This document shows positions 1 to 12,645 of a stretch of DNA of 60,935 nucleotides, piece after piece. Position 1 is the first letter of the stretch, and each line of letters opens with the position of its first letter. The position numbers and the translations under genes were made by a program. Where the stretch lies: contig JAUCBJ010005236.1 in assembly GCA_032718475.1 (NCBI GenBank), positions 1 to 60,935 on the forward strand, in the 5' to 3' direction. The stretch is from Nemertoderma westbladi (Eukaryota; Animalia; Xenacoelomorpha). The notes beneath the pieces were generated by a model that saw only the letters and a list, made by a program, of their open reading frames with translations, searched no databases and was not told the DNA's origin.

Positions 1-171
1 AAAAATAAATGAATTAAAAACCCCAAATAACATTTAAATTTATATTCTAAATATATATAATATAAATTAATCGACGAGTTATAATATTCACTTAACTCAT
101 TAAGTAAATAAATGTTTAGAGTAGAGGACATATTAGTTGGTGTAATCCGAATTCTGGAGTCAAATACTTAC

Positions 172-288
172 AGCTGGTACTCCTCATTCCAGCCAGGGTT
201 CAAGGTATTTCGACAGACCTCAGTAACGTTTACTGAGGATTCATCACTGGCTGGTCCAGGAGATTGGGCTGGATTTTTTTCCTTCAAT
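172..288 (-). CDS. BAIAP3: Internal exon of BAIAP3/Munc13-4-family gene, C2A domain (LKEKNPAQSPGPASDESSVNVTEVCRNTLNPGWNEEYQL)
   Basis: Acceptor ttttAG at 290-289 and donor GTAAGT from 171. The 117-nt exon is phase 2/2 and joins the 3601-3727 exon in frame (AG+A=Arg). TEVCRNTLNPGWNEEY matches the C2 motif T-x-V-x-x-x-TLNPxWNExF. The gene continues beyond the window start. BAIAP3 versus UNC13D orthology is not resolved. Confidence 0.9.
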
Positions 289-1045
289 CTAAAATATCAT
301 TAATTGATAAATTGATAATTTCGCAAAGACTTATTTACAAGCTAAATAAATGCTTGAAGTTTGAAACATAAATATTCTGAGCATATATTAATAATAACTC
401 GTCAATAAATCAAGCAAAGCCATGCTAGCAAGTAATAATTGTTTATTGCAAAATAATTGATAAATTTTCTTGCTACATATCGTTCCACCAGACCACCACC
501 AGTCCAAATAACCAACGCAACAATAAAATATAGTGCAGCCTCAGACCCAGTAGTGCAAAGAATGCAGTTAAAAGCAAAAATTATAAAAATATTATTATAC
601 CACCGAGTTAATTTGAACCTCCATGGAAACACCAACCTTTCGGGGCTGCAGATAAATAAAATGGTCACTTTTTATCGAATAGAAAATACGTATATACGTA
701 TAATATGGTATAATAAAGTGTAAGGAAGGTTATATAACAACGTTTTAGTTTTATGTTTTATGCTTCAGATACAGTAAGACAAGATTTTGTAATGAACAAA
801 ACATAATTTAATTATAATAATGGCTAATCAATTACTGTCGTAATCAATCTCCCAGTTCTAATTTGTGAGATGTTTAAGCCCAAGACTAATAAGTTAGGCC
901 ATTATTCCAGAAACCTAAAGCGCTAAAGGTACGTACACCTACTGAAATGGTTGTAATCGATAGATTTACAGTATATATTTATTTCCAGGGGGGTTCGTTG
1001 CGTGGGAAGTATTAATAAATTGTTTGTTACTGCAATGCAATCTTT

Positions 1046-1912
1046 TAGTTTGGTACCGGTACTGTAAGGTAACCTTATAGTTTGGTATCGGTACTGTAAG
1101 CTAAGTTTATTGTTTGGTACCGGTACTGTAAGGTAACTTTATAGTTTGGTACCGGTACTGTAAGGTAACCTTATACTGTAGTTTGGTACCGGTACTGTAA
1201 GGTATCCTTATAGTTTGGTATCGGTACTGTAAGGTATCCTTATAGTTTGGTACCGGTACTGTAAGGTAACCTTACAGTTTGGTATCGGTACTGTAAGGTA
1301 TCCTTATAGTTTGGTACCGGTACTGTAAGGTAACCTTATAGTTTGGTACCGGTACTGTAAGGTAACCTTATACTGTAGTTTGGTACCGGTACTGTAAGGT
1401 AACCTTATAGTTTGGTATCGGTACTGTAAGGTAACCTTATACTGTAGTTTGGTACCGGTACTGTAAGGTAACCTTACAGTTTGGTACCGGTACTGTAAGC
1501 TAAGTTTATTGTTTGGTACCGGTACTGTAAGGTAACTTTATAGTTTGGTACCGGTACTGTAAGGTAACCTTATACTGTAGTTTGGTACCGGTACTGTAAG
1601 GTAACCTTATAGTTTGGTATCGGTACTGTAAGGTTACCTTATAGTTTGGTACCGGTACTGTAAGGTAACCTTATAGTTTGGTACCGGTACTGTAAGGTTA
1701 CCTTATAGTTTGGTACCGGTACTGTAAGGTAACTTTATTGTTTGGTACCGGTACTGTAAGGTAACCTTATGGTTTGGTATCGGTACTGTAAGGTAACCTT
1801 ATACTGTAGTTTGGTACCGGTACTGTAAGGTAACCTTATAGTTTGGTATCGGTACTGTAAGGTATCCTTATAGTTTGTACCGGTACTGTAAGGTAACCTT
1901 ATACTGTAAGGT
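1046..1912. repeat. Tandem array, 32-bp unit TAGTTTGGTACCGGTACTGTAAGGTAACCTTA with a 37-bp variant (+TACTG), block 1
   Basis: Directly visible periodicity (unit starts at 1046 and 1078). The unit contains the palindrome GTACCGGTAC and the near-palindrome TAAGGTAACCTTA. Confidence 0.97.
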
Positions 1913-2130
1913 GGTTGGATTTGTCATTGGTCAGTTGGTGTCATTTCGGTATATTCAGGTATATTCAGTTCAGCTGTTACACCTAAACCCAACTGAGTAA
2001 CAGTTATTCATACAGTATTCATTCATGTTCATTCATATTATTATAGTTTGCAGGTGGGGAGGATAAATTTTCTAATAATAAAAAGGTTAAAACAATATAA
2101 CCTCATTACAATAAATTTATCGTACTACGA

Positions 2131-2443
2131 AATTGGAGAGGAGCAGGTTACAAACAATGTTTTCTAACCAGAACAATAAACGATACATACTGAATAACCG
2201 GTCTGCCAGTATTGTATCCATTGACAATAAGGAAGGGAACGGAGCAGTCTGGCAGTGTATTTTGAATTTATTGCAATAACATTGGGGGGACCAAATCCGC
2301 GAACGAGGACCCAATCCGCTAGCAGATTTGGTCCTAGGGAGACCAAATCTGCTAGCGGATTGGGTCCGGGGGGACTAAATCCGCTAGCAGTTCTGGTCCG
2401 GGGGGACCGATTCTTCGGGGGACTGAATCCGCTGTTACACCGG
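2131..2443. mobile_element. One-ended non-autonomous DNA-transposon-like fragment interrupting the 32-bp array
   Basis: Repeated subterminal motif GGACC/AAATCCGCTAGC, a perfect 27-bp inverted repeat (2307-2333 / 2341-2367), and a terminus CCGCTGTTACACCGG running into the satellite. Bases 2137-2180 resemble 51490-51535. No matching left end was found. Confidence 0.6.
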
Positions 2444-3595
2444 TACTGTAAGGTAACCTTATACTGTAGTTTGGTACCGGTACTGTAAGGTAACCTTATA
2501 CTGTAGTTTGGTACCGGTACTGTAAGGTAACCTTATACTGTAGTTTGGTACCGGTACTGTAAGGTAACCTTACAGTTTGGTATCGGTACTGTAAGGTAAC
2601 CTTATAGTTTGGTACCGGTACTGTAAGGTAACATTATACTGTAGTTTGGTACCGGTACTGTAAGGTAACCTTAATAGTTTGGTACCGGTACTGTAAGGTA
2701 ACCTTATAGTTTGGTATCGGTACTGTAAGGTAACCTTATACTGTAGTTTGGTACCGGTACTGTAAGGTAACCTTACAGTTTGGTATCGGTACTGTAATGT
2801 AACCTTATAGTTTGGTATCGGTACTGTAAGGTAACCATATACTGTAGTTTGGTACCGGTACTGTAAGGTAACCTCATACTGTAGTTTGGTACCGGTACTG
2901 TAAGGTAACCTTACAGTTTGGTATCGGTACTGTAAGGTATCCTTATAGTTTGGTACCGGTACTGTAAGGTAACCTTATAGTTTGGTATAGGTACTGTTAA
3001 GGTTACCTTATAGTTTGGTACCGGTACTGTAAGGTAACCTTATACTGTAGTTTGGTACCGGTACTGTAAGGTAACCTTATACTGTAGTTTGGTACCGGTA
3101 CTGTAAGGTAACCTTATACTGTAGTTTGGTACCGGTACTGTAAGGTAACCTTATAGTTTGGTACCGGTACTGTAAGGTAACCTTATACTGTAGTTTGGTA
3201 CCGGTACTGTAAGGTAACCGTACAGTTTGGTATCGGTACTGTAAGGTATCCTTATAGTTTGGTATCGGTACTGTAAGGTATCCTTATAGTTTGGTACCGG
3301 TACTGTAAGGTAACCTTATAGTTTGGTACCGGTACTGTAAGGTAACCTTATACTGTAGTTTGGTACCGGTACTGTAAGGTAACCTTATACTGTAGTTTGG
3401 TACCGGTACTGTAAGGTAACCATACAGTTTGGTATCGGTACTGTAAGGTATCCTTATAGTTTGGTATCGGTACTGTAAGGTATCCTTATAGTTTGGTACC
3501 GGTACTGTAAGGTAACCTTATAGTTTGGTACCGGTACTGTTACTGTAAGGTATCCTTATAGTTTGGTACCGGTACTGTATGGTAACCTTATAGTT
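2440..3595. repeat. Tandem array, 32/37-bp unit, block 2
   Basis: Same unit as 1046-1912. It ends about 5 bp from the donor site of the 3601-3727 exon. Confidence 0.97.
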
Positions 3596-3600
3596 CTTAC

Positions 3601-3727
3601 CTTTTAGAAGACGCTCTGTGGAAACTCCCTTTTGATTTCTCCTTTGATTTAGTGTCGCTGTTGTTGGGTTTATCGCCGTTTGGGACAGAGGGAACTATCC
3701 CGAACATACAATATGGATCACTGAGAC
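3601..3727 (-). CDS. BAIAP3: Internal exon of BAIAP3/Munc13-4-family gene, C2A domain (GLSDPYCMFGIVPSVPNGDKPNNSDTKSKEKSKGSFHRASSKR)
   Basis: Acceptor atcAG at 3729-3728 and donor GTAAGA from 3600; 127 nt, phase 1/2. GLSDPYCMFGI followed by a basic, low-complexity insertion is typical of BAIAP3/Munc13-4 C2A (GFSDPYCMLGI). Confidence 0.93.
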
Positions 3728-3789
3728 CTGATTTTATAAACAAAGCGTTACGATTTAGTTAATTTATTTTATAGCTACTGAGATTTTAT

Positions 3790-4190
3790 AGAATACATAA
3801 GCTTTGAATGGGAGAATCTTTTAGTCTCGTTAGGCCAAGGAATAATGCCTGTTCACCCCCATGGGTGATCTTCCACAGTAAACCCTTCCTCTCTGTTTCC
3901 TTAAGGAATGCCTGAATGGGTGATTTTCCACAGTAAACCCTTCCTCTCTGTTTCCTTAAGGAATGCCTGAATGGGTGATCTTCCACAGTAAACCCTTCCT
4001 ATCTGTTTTCAATAAGTTGTTGCCTTGGTTCCCATTTATCGACCAGTCAAGGATGAAACCCAGGGTATGGCTAGGATGCAGCATTTTTAAAGCACTGCGC
4101 CCGAGTACTGTAGTGCTGCCCCATCTAGGAATCGAACCAGGGCTTTCTTATTGAAAGCACAGGAATGTCACCACTAGACCACGCTGCTGC
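3790..4190 (-). mobile_element. tRNA-derived SINE with internal ~55-bp tandem duplication
   Basis: On the minus strand, A box TGGTCTAGTGG and B box GGTTCGATTCC occur at tRNA spacing, followed by a non-tRNA body. About 2.7 copies of a 55-bp unit (TGGGTGATCTTCCACAGTAAACCCTTCC...) lie at 3862-4010. Confidence 0.75.
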
Positions 4191-4342
4191 ATTGTTTTGA
4201 TACACATCTACCTTGGATATACCTCAGTCGCTGTTTGAACTCATCTCGAATCTTGTACAAATTATCGATAAATTGATCAGCTCCGATTTTTGAAAAAGGA
4301 AATCACGAGAAAATAGGAATCGTCCCGATGAATATGGAAGAT

Positions 4343-7300
4343 TTAACTCTAACATTATTAGTTAACTCTAACATTATTAGTTAACTCTAACATTATTAGT
4401 TAACTCTAACATTATTAGTTAACTCTAACATTATTAGTTAACTCTAACATTATTAGTTAACTCTAACATTATTAGTTAACTCTAACATTATTAGTTAACT
4501 CTAACATTATTAGTTAACTCTAACATTATTAGTTAACTCTAACATTATTAGTTAACTCTAATATTATTAGTTAACTCTAATATTATTAGTTAACTCTAAT
4601 ATTATTAGTTAACTCTAACATTATTAGTTAACTCTAATATTATTAGTTAACTCTAACATTATTAGTTAACTCTAACATTATTAGTTAACTCTAACATTAT
4701 TAGTTAACTCTAACATTATTAGTTAACTCTAACATTATTAGTTAACTCTAACATTATTAGTTAACTCTAACATTATTAGTTAACTCTAACATTATTAGTT
4801 AACTCTAATATTATTAGTTAACTCTAACATTATTAGTTAACTCTAACATTATTAGTTAACTCTAACATTATTAGTTAACTCTAACATTATTAGTTAACTC
4901 TAATATTATTAGTTAACTCTAATATTATTAGTTAACTCTAATATTATTAGTTAACTCTAACATTACTAGTTAACTCTAACATTATTAGTTAACTCTAACA
5001 TTATTAGTTAACTCTAACATTACTAGTTAACTCTAACATTATTAGTTAACTCTAACATTATTAGTTAACTCTAACATTATTAGTTAACTCTAACATTATT
5101 AGTTAACTCTAACATTATTAGTTAACTCTAATATTATTAGTTAACTCTAACATTATTAGTTAACTCTAACATTATTAGTTAACTCTAACATTATTAGTTA
5201 ACTCTAACATTATTAGTTAACTCTAACATTATTAGTTAACTCTAACATTATTAGTTAACTCTAATATTATTAGTTAACTCTAATATTATTAGTTAACTCT
5301 AACATTATTAGTTAACTTTAATATTATTAGTTAACTCTAACATTATTAGTTAACTCTAACATTATTAGTTAACTCTAACATTATTAGTTAAATCTAACAT
5401 TACTAGTTAACTCTAACATTATTAGTTAACTCTAACATTATTAGTTAACTCTAACATTATTAGTTAACTCTAACATTATTAGTTAACTCTAACATTATTA
5501 GTTAACTCTAACATTATTAGTTAACTCTAACATTATTAGTTAACTCTAACATTATTAGTTAACTCTAACATTATTAGTTAACTCTAACATTATTAGTTAA
5601 CTCTAACATTATTAGTTAACTCTAACATTATTAGTTAACTCTAATATTATTAGTTAACTCTAATATTATTAGTTAACTCTAATATTATTAGTTAACTCTA
5701 ACATTATTAGTTAACTCTAATATTATTAGTTAACTCTAACATTATTAGTTAACTCTAACATTATTAGTTAACTCTAACATTATTAGTTAACTCTAACATT
5801 ATTAGTTAACTCTAACATTATTAGTTAACTCTAACATTATTAGTTAACTCTAACATTATTAGTTAACTCTAACATTATTAGTTAACTCTAATATTATTAG
5901 TTAACTCTAACATTATTAGTTAACTCTAACATTATTAGTTAACTCTAACATTATTAGTTAACTCTAACATTATTAGTTAACTCTAATATTATTAGTTAAC
6001 TCTAATATTATTAGTTAACTCTAATATTATTAGTTAACTCTAACATTACTAGTTAACTCTAACATTATTAGTTAACTCTAACATTATTAGTTAACTCTAA
6101 CATTACTAGTTAACTCTAACATTATTAGTTAACTCTAACATTATTAGTTAACTCTAACATTATTAGTTAACTCTAACATTATTAGTTAACTCTAACATTA
6201 TTAGTTAACTCTAATATTATTAGTTAACTCTAACATTATTAGTTAACTCTAACATTATTAGTTAACTCTAACATTATTAGTTAACTCTAACATTATTAGT
6301 TAACTCTAACATTATTAGTTAACTCTAACATTATTAGTTAACTCTAATATTATTAGTTAACTCTAATATTATTAGTTAACTCTAACATTATTAGTTAACT
6401 CTAACATTATTAATTAACTCTAACATTATTAGTTAAATCTAACATTACTAGTTAACTCTAACATTATTAGTTAACTCTAACATTATTAGTTAACTCTAAC
6501 ATTATTAGTTAACTCTAATATTATTAATTAACTCTAATATTATTAGTTAACTCTAATATTATTAGTTAACTCTAACATTATTAGTTAACTTTAATATTAT
6601 TAGTTAACTCTAACATTATTAGTTAACTCTAACATTATTAGTTAACTCTAACATTATTAGTTAACTCTAACATTATTAGTTAACTCTAACATTACTAGTT
6701 AACTCTAACATTATTAGTTAACTCTAACATTATTAGTTAACTCTAACATTATTAGTTAACTCTAACATTATTAGTTAACTCTAACATTATTAGTTAACTC
6801 TAATATTATTAGTTAACTCTAACATTATTAGTTAACTCTAACATTATTAGTTAACTCTAACATTATTAGTTAACTCTAACATTATTAGTTAACTCTAACA
6901 TTATTAGTTAACTCTAACATTATTAGTTAACTCTAACATTATTAGTTAACTCTAATATTATTAGTTAACTCTAACATTATTAGTTAACTTTAATATTATT
7001 AGTTAACTCTAACATTATTAGTTAACTCTAACATTATTAATTAACTCTAACATTATTAGTTAAATCTAACATTACTAGTTAACTCTAACATTATTAGTTA
7101 ACTCTAACATTATTAGTTAACTCTAACATTATTAGTTAACTCTAATATTATTAATTAACTCTAATATTATTAGTTAACTCTAATATTATTAGTTAACTCT
7201 AACATTATTAGTTAACTTTAATATTATTAGTTAACTCTAACATTATTAGTTAACTCTAATATTATTAGTTAACTCTAACATTATTAGTTAACTCTAACAT

Positions 7301-10300
7301 TATTAGTTAACTCTAACATTATTAGTTAACTCTAACATTATTAGTTAACTCTAACATTATTAGTTAACTCTAACATTATTAGTTAACTCTAATATTATTA
7401 GTTAACTCTAATATTATTAGTTAACTCTAACATTATTAGTTAACTTTAATATTATTAGTTAACTCTAACATTATTAGTTAACTCTAACATTATTAATTAA
7501 CTCTAACATTATTAGTTAAATCTAACATTACTAGTTAACTCTAACATTATTAGTTAACTCTAACATTATTAGTTAACTCTAACATTATTAATTAACTCTA
7601 ACATTATTAGTTAAATCTAACATTACTAGTTAACTCTAACATTATTAGTTAACTCTAACATTATTAGTTAACTCTAACATTATTAGTTAACTCTAATATT
7701 ATTAATTAACTCTAATATTATTAGTTAACTCTAATATTATTAGTTAACTCTAACATTATTAGTTAACTTTAATATTATTAGTTAACTCTAACATTATTAG
7801 TTAACTCTAACATTATTAGTTAAATCTAACATTACTAGTTAACTCTAACATTATTAGTTAACTCTAACATTATTAGTTAACTCTAACATTATTAGTTAAC
7901 TCTAACATTATTAGTTAACTCTAACATTATTAGTTAACTCTAACATTATTAGTTAACTCTAACATTATTAGTTAACTCTAACATTATTAGTTAACTCTAA
8001 CATTATTAGTTAACTCTAACATTATTAGTTAACTCTAACATTATTAGTTAACTCTAATATTATTAGTTAACTCTAATATTATTAGTTAACTCTAATATTA
8101 TTAGTTAACTCTAACATTATTAGTTAACTCTAATATTATTAGTTAACTCTAACATTATTAGTTAACTCTAACATTATTAGTTAACTCTAACATTATTAGT
8201 TAACTCTAACATTATTAGTTAACTCTAACATTATTAGTTAACTCTAACATTATTAGTTAACTCTAACATTATTAGTTAACTCTAACATTATTAGTTAACT
8301 CTAATATTATTAGTTAACTCTAACATTATTAGTTAACTCTAACATTATTAGTTAACTCTAACATTATTAGTTAACTCTAACATTATTAGTTAACTCTAAT
8401 ATTATTAGTTAACTCTAATATTATTAGTTAACTCTAATATTATTAGTTAACTCTAACATTACTAGTTAACTCTAACATTATTAGTTAACTCTAACATTAT
8501 TAGTTAACTCTAACATTACTAGTTAACTCTAACATTATTAGTTAACTCTAACATTATTAGTTAACTCTAACATTATTAGTTAACTCTAACATTATTAGTT
8601 AACTCTAACATTATTAGTTAACTCTAATATTATTAGTTAACTCTAACATTATTAGTTAACTCTAACATTATTAGTTAACTCTAACATTATTAGTTAACTC
8701 TAACATTATTAGTTAACTCTAACATTATTAGTTAACTCTAACATTATTAGTTAACTCAAATATTATTAGTTAACTCTAATATTATTAGTTAACTCTAACA
8801 TTATTAGTTAACTTTAATATTATTAGTTAACTCTAACATTATTAGTTAACTCTAACATTATTAATTAACTCTAACATTATTAGTTAACTCTAACATTATT
8901 AGTTAACTCTAACATTATTAGTTAACTCTAACATTATTAGTTAACTCTAACATTATTAGTTAACTCTAACATTATTAGTTAACTCTAATATTATTAGTTA
9001 ACTCTAACATTATTAGTTAACTCTAACATTATTACTTAACTCTAACATTATTAGTTAACTCTAACATTATTAGTTAACTCTAATATTATTAGTTAACTCT
9101 AATATTATTAGTTAACTCTAATATTATTAGTTAACTCTAACATTACTAGTTAACTCTAACATTATTAGTTAACTCTAACATTATTAGTTAACTCTAACAT
9201 TACTAGTTAACTCTAACATTATTAGTTAACTCTAACATTATTAGTTAACTCTAACATTATTAGTTAACTCTAACATTATTAGTTAACTCTAACATTATTA
9301 GTTAACTCTAATATTATTAGTTAACTCTAACATTATTAGTTAACTCTAACATTATTAGTTAACTCTAACATTATTAGTTAACTCTAACATTATTAGTTAA
9401 CTCTAACATTATTAGTTAACTCTAACATTATTAGTTAACTCTAATATTATTAGTTAACTCTAATATTATTAGTTAACTCTAACATTATTAGTTAACTTTA
9501 ATATTATTAGTTAACTCTAACATTATTAGTTAACTCTAACATTATTAATTAACTCTAACATTATTAGTTAAATCTAACATTACTAGTTAACTCTAACATT
9601 ATTAGTTAACTCTAACATTATTAGTTAACTCTAACATTATTAGTTAACTCTAATATTATTAATTAACTCTAATATTATTAGTTAACTCTAATATTATTAG
9701 TTAACTCTAACATTATTAGTTAACTTTAATATTATTAGTTAACTCTAACATTATTAGTTAACTCTAACATTATTAGTTAACTCTAACATTATTAGTTAAC
9801 TCTAACATTATTAGTTAACTCTAACATTATTAGTTAAATCTAACATTACTAGTTAACTCTAACATTATTAGTTAACTCTAACATTATTAGTTAACTCTAA
9901 CATTATTAGTTAACTCTAATATTATTAGTTAACTCTAATATTATTAGTTAACTCTAACATTATTAGTTAACTTTAATATTATTAGTTAACTCTAACATTA
10001 TTAGTTAACTCTAACATTATTAATTAACTCTAACATTATTAGTTAACTCTAACATTATTAGTTAACTCTAATATTATTAGTTAACTCTAACATTATTAGT
10101 TAACTCTAACATTATTAGTTAACTCTAATATTATTAATTAACTCTAATATTATTAGTTAACTCTAACATTATTAGTTAACTCTAATATTATTAGTTAACT
10201 CTAACATTATTAGTTAACTCTAACATTATTAGTTAACTCTAACATTATTAGTTAACTCTAACATTATTAGTTAACTCTAACATTATTAGTTAACTCTAAC

Positions 10301-10334
10301 ATTATTAGTTAACTCTAACATTATTTGTTAACTC
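4343..10334. repeat. Satellite, 19-bp unit TTAACTCTAACATTATTAG, about 315 copies
   Basis: Uninterrupted periodicity over about 6 kb with a few recurring single-base variants. It fills most of one intron. Confidence 0.99.
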
Positions 10335-10361
10335 CAAAAGTAATAGTTAATTAACACTAAC

Positions 10362-10416
10362 CGTTTGCATCTTTTGCTTCTAGATTTTTTGCCTCAATTA
10401 TCTTTAGATGTAAAAC
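10362..10416 (-). CDS. BAIAP3: 55-nt exon of BAIAP3/Munc13-4-family gene, start of C2A (VLHLKIIEAKNLEAKDAN-G)
   Basis: Acceptor ttttAG at 10418-10417 and donor GTTAGT from 10361; phase 0/1. It joins the next exon to give AKDANGLSDPY, the two N-terminal C2 aspartates. Confidence 0.93.
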
Positions 10417-10556
10417 CTAAAATAATATTGAAGTAGAAGCTTGAAAACCAATAATTAATAATTATATTTATTTATTTATCAAGCACGTTAAGTAAAAAAC
10501 CTTTCCGGTAGGTGTGTTAGTACCAAAGTATGTAATAAACTAAAAAGTAACAAGAC

Positions 10557-11212
10557 CTATACGTTGCATGCAATCAGTGAGCAGCTGACAGCAGCCAGCT
10601 GATCGGTAGGTTTCGCCGTGCAGCGGAAGGCATTCTCAGGAGGCCAAGGCAGGAAATCTAGAGAGAAATTCAAAAGGGAGACAGAACGAGTACGTATTGC
10701 ATGAAGAGAGATGTCTGTAGGTAAGTAGCCACTGGGAAGCAACACCACAAACTTACGCCAATCACGTTTCTGCTTGTTGATAGCGGGCTTGCCTGTTTGA
10801 ATGTAATATATTTCAAGCATTTGCAAGACTGGCCGCAATGGATGTCTAGCAATTACTTTGAAATGTTTAATCAATTCACGCCAGTCAGTCAGCCAACGTG
10901 TATTGGGCTCGCCGAGGTGAGTCATGATGTGGTTGTGTACAGTCTTACTCTGTTCGCTCCCATCATTGGCTGTCCCATCCTGGTGCTGTCTAACGCGTTC
11001 AAACAAGTGTTGGATGGTGTATCCAACATATTCCCCCTTACAAGAGGGACAAGAAAAATAGTAAACGACATCAGACGCAAGGATATCTGGGACGGGATGT
11101 TTTAGAGATGGGAGTGACTGGCGCAGTTTAGTTATAGTGAAAACGAACCGAACTGGCCGTGTGCAAGACCTGGGTATAAGTCCATGCATCTTTCGAACAA
11201 ACAGATCGGTCA
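10557..11212 (-). pseudogene. Penelope-type GIY-YIG endonuclease ORF with no RT of its own
   Basis: KLRQSLPSLKHPVP-x6-VVYYFSCPSCKGEYVGYTIQHLFERVRQH ... HNH ... MLEIYYIQTGKPAINKQ contains the GIY-YIG pair with intervening CxxC, catalytic R and E, and the terminal P-x-[LI]-N motif characteristic of PLE endonucleases. Confidence 0.9.
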
Positions 11213-12645
11213 ACAACAAGGATCGGCATGCTGCATTGCAGCTGCATTTTTAAGAATGCTGTGCCGGCTTGTCAACAAAATTGCACCGCCACAACTCCCT
11301 ATCACCTATGACATTTGCTAGATCATCCGCATCTTTAAGGCCAGTGTCCTTTAAGATGCGTCTCAAGAAAGTCATGGGCTGTCCACCATGCTTATTCACT
11401 CCATGAGGCTGCCAAAGTACAAGATTATGCACTGGCTGGTCCTCACGGCGAAAGCAATGTCCTGCAAAGCGGAGGCGATTTTGTTCTAGTGTCAAGCTTG
11501 GGGGAACCAATGAGACACCTCCAATGTTATATAGTGTCTGGTTGGAGATGTGTGCATTGTACTTGACACAATGAACCCGGCGTAGCATTCTTGTGAATGT
11601 GCCATCCAGAGATTTGGTGTCCTCAGCAGTTAGAGCCCAGCATGGACTCCCGTAGAGGAGTACTGGAACTACTGCTGCTCTAAATAATCGGACCTTAAGT
11701 TTCCGATTAATTCTCGGTGATTTCCAAATCCTGGAAAGCCTATTCAAGGCTGTCCATGCCTTTCCCTTACGTATTCGAAGGTCCTCACCTGACTTCCGGA
11801 TCCATGATCCCAGGTAACAGAAGTCGTCCACATGCTCAAGCATACCATCCTTTGAGCTTATGCTCATCCGATCAGAGACTTGCTGAGGACTTTCAAAGTT
11901 AACAGTCAGAATTTTGGTCTTTCTGGAGTTAATAAAAAGACCAACACTAGAAGCAGCATGTTCTAATGAGCTGAGGAGCCGTTGGGCTCCCTCTAATGAT
12001 TCTGAGAGTACTCCTAAGTCATCAGCAAAGTCTAGATCAGTTAGGTACTTGGCAGGATTTCCTCGACTTCTGGAGCCAGTAGGTGGAGTTATCATCACCC
12101 CATCATCATTATGATGATCTAAGGACATGCGTAGAACATAGTCAACCACAATAATGAACAAGAATGGTGCAAGTGTGTCTCCTTGGAGGACGCCCCATAA
12201 CACTTCAAATGGTTCTGTGTCACCGTCAACAGTAGACACAAATGTTGTCGAACCATCGTATACTGATCTAATTGCTGCAATAATTTCATCAGGAATCCCA
12301 TATAATGAAAGTATGCTGAACATACGTGAGCGAGAGACTGAATCAAAGGCCTTGAAGAAGTCAACAAAGATAACAGCCAGATGCCTGTCTTTCTTTTTTG
12401 ATAATTCTTCAATTATCCTTCTAAGTGCCAAAATGGGCTCCATGGTCCCACGACCTTTACGGAACCCATTCTGATTTCCACGGAGCAGTCTCTCAATGGG
12501 ATCCCTGATGCGATTTAATAGAATCCTATTGTATAGCTTTGCAGCAATCGAGATCAATGAGATTCCCCGAAAAGAACCATAGAGTGTTAGGTTGCCCTTC
12601 TTGGGAACTGGTACCAACTTATTTGTTTTCATCATCTTATTCGTG
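11213..12645 (-). mobile_element. 5'-truncated RTE-type non-LTR retrotransposon (RT and C-terminal region, open 11250-12630) with 12-bp TSD
   Basis: Motifs VPVPKKG-x6-FRGISL, NQNGFR, FVDFFKAFDSV, GVLQGDTLAPFLF, LDFADD, FCYLGS, LLYGSPCW and RLRFAGHCFR. The 3' UTR is very short and ends in (TTG)3. The direct repeat ACAGATCGGTCA occurs at 11201-11212 and 12646-12657. Confidence 0.93.

Noticed and set aside
1046-3595. Palindromic 32-37 bp repeats resembling a CRISPR array
   Set aside because: Units are head-to-tail with no unique spacers, there are no cas genes, and the context is a eukaryotic intron.
4120-4190. Functional tRNA gene
   Set aside because: A and B boxes are present, but there is no convincing acceptor stem and it runs into a SINE body. 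The same applies to 16775-16846.
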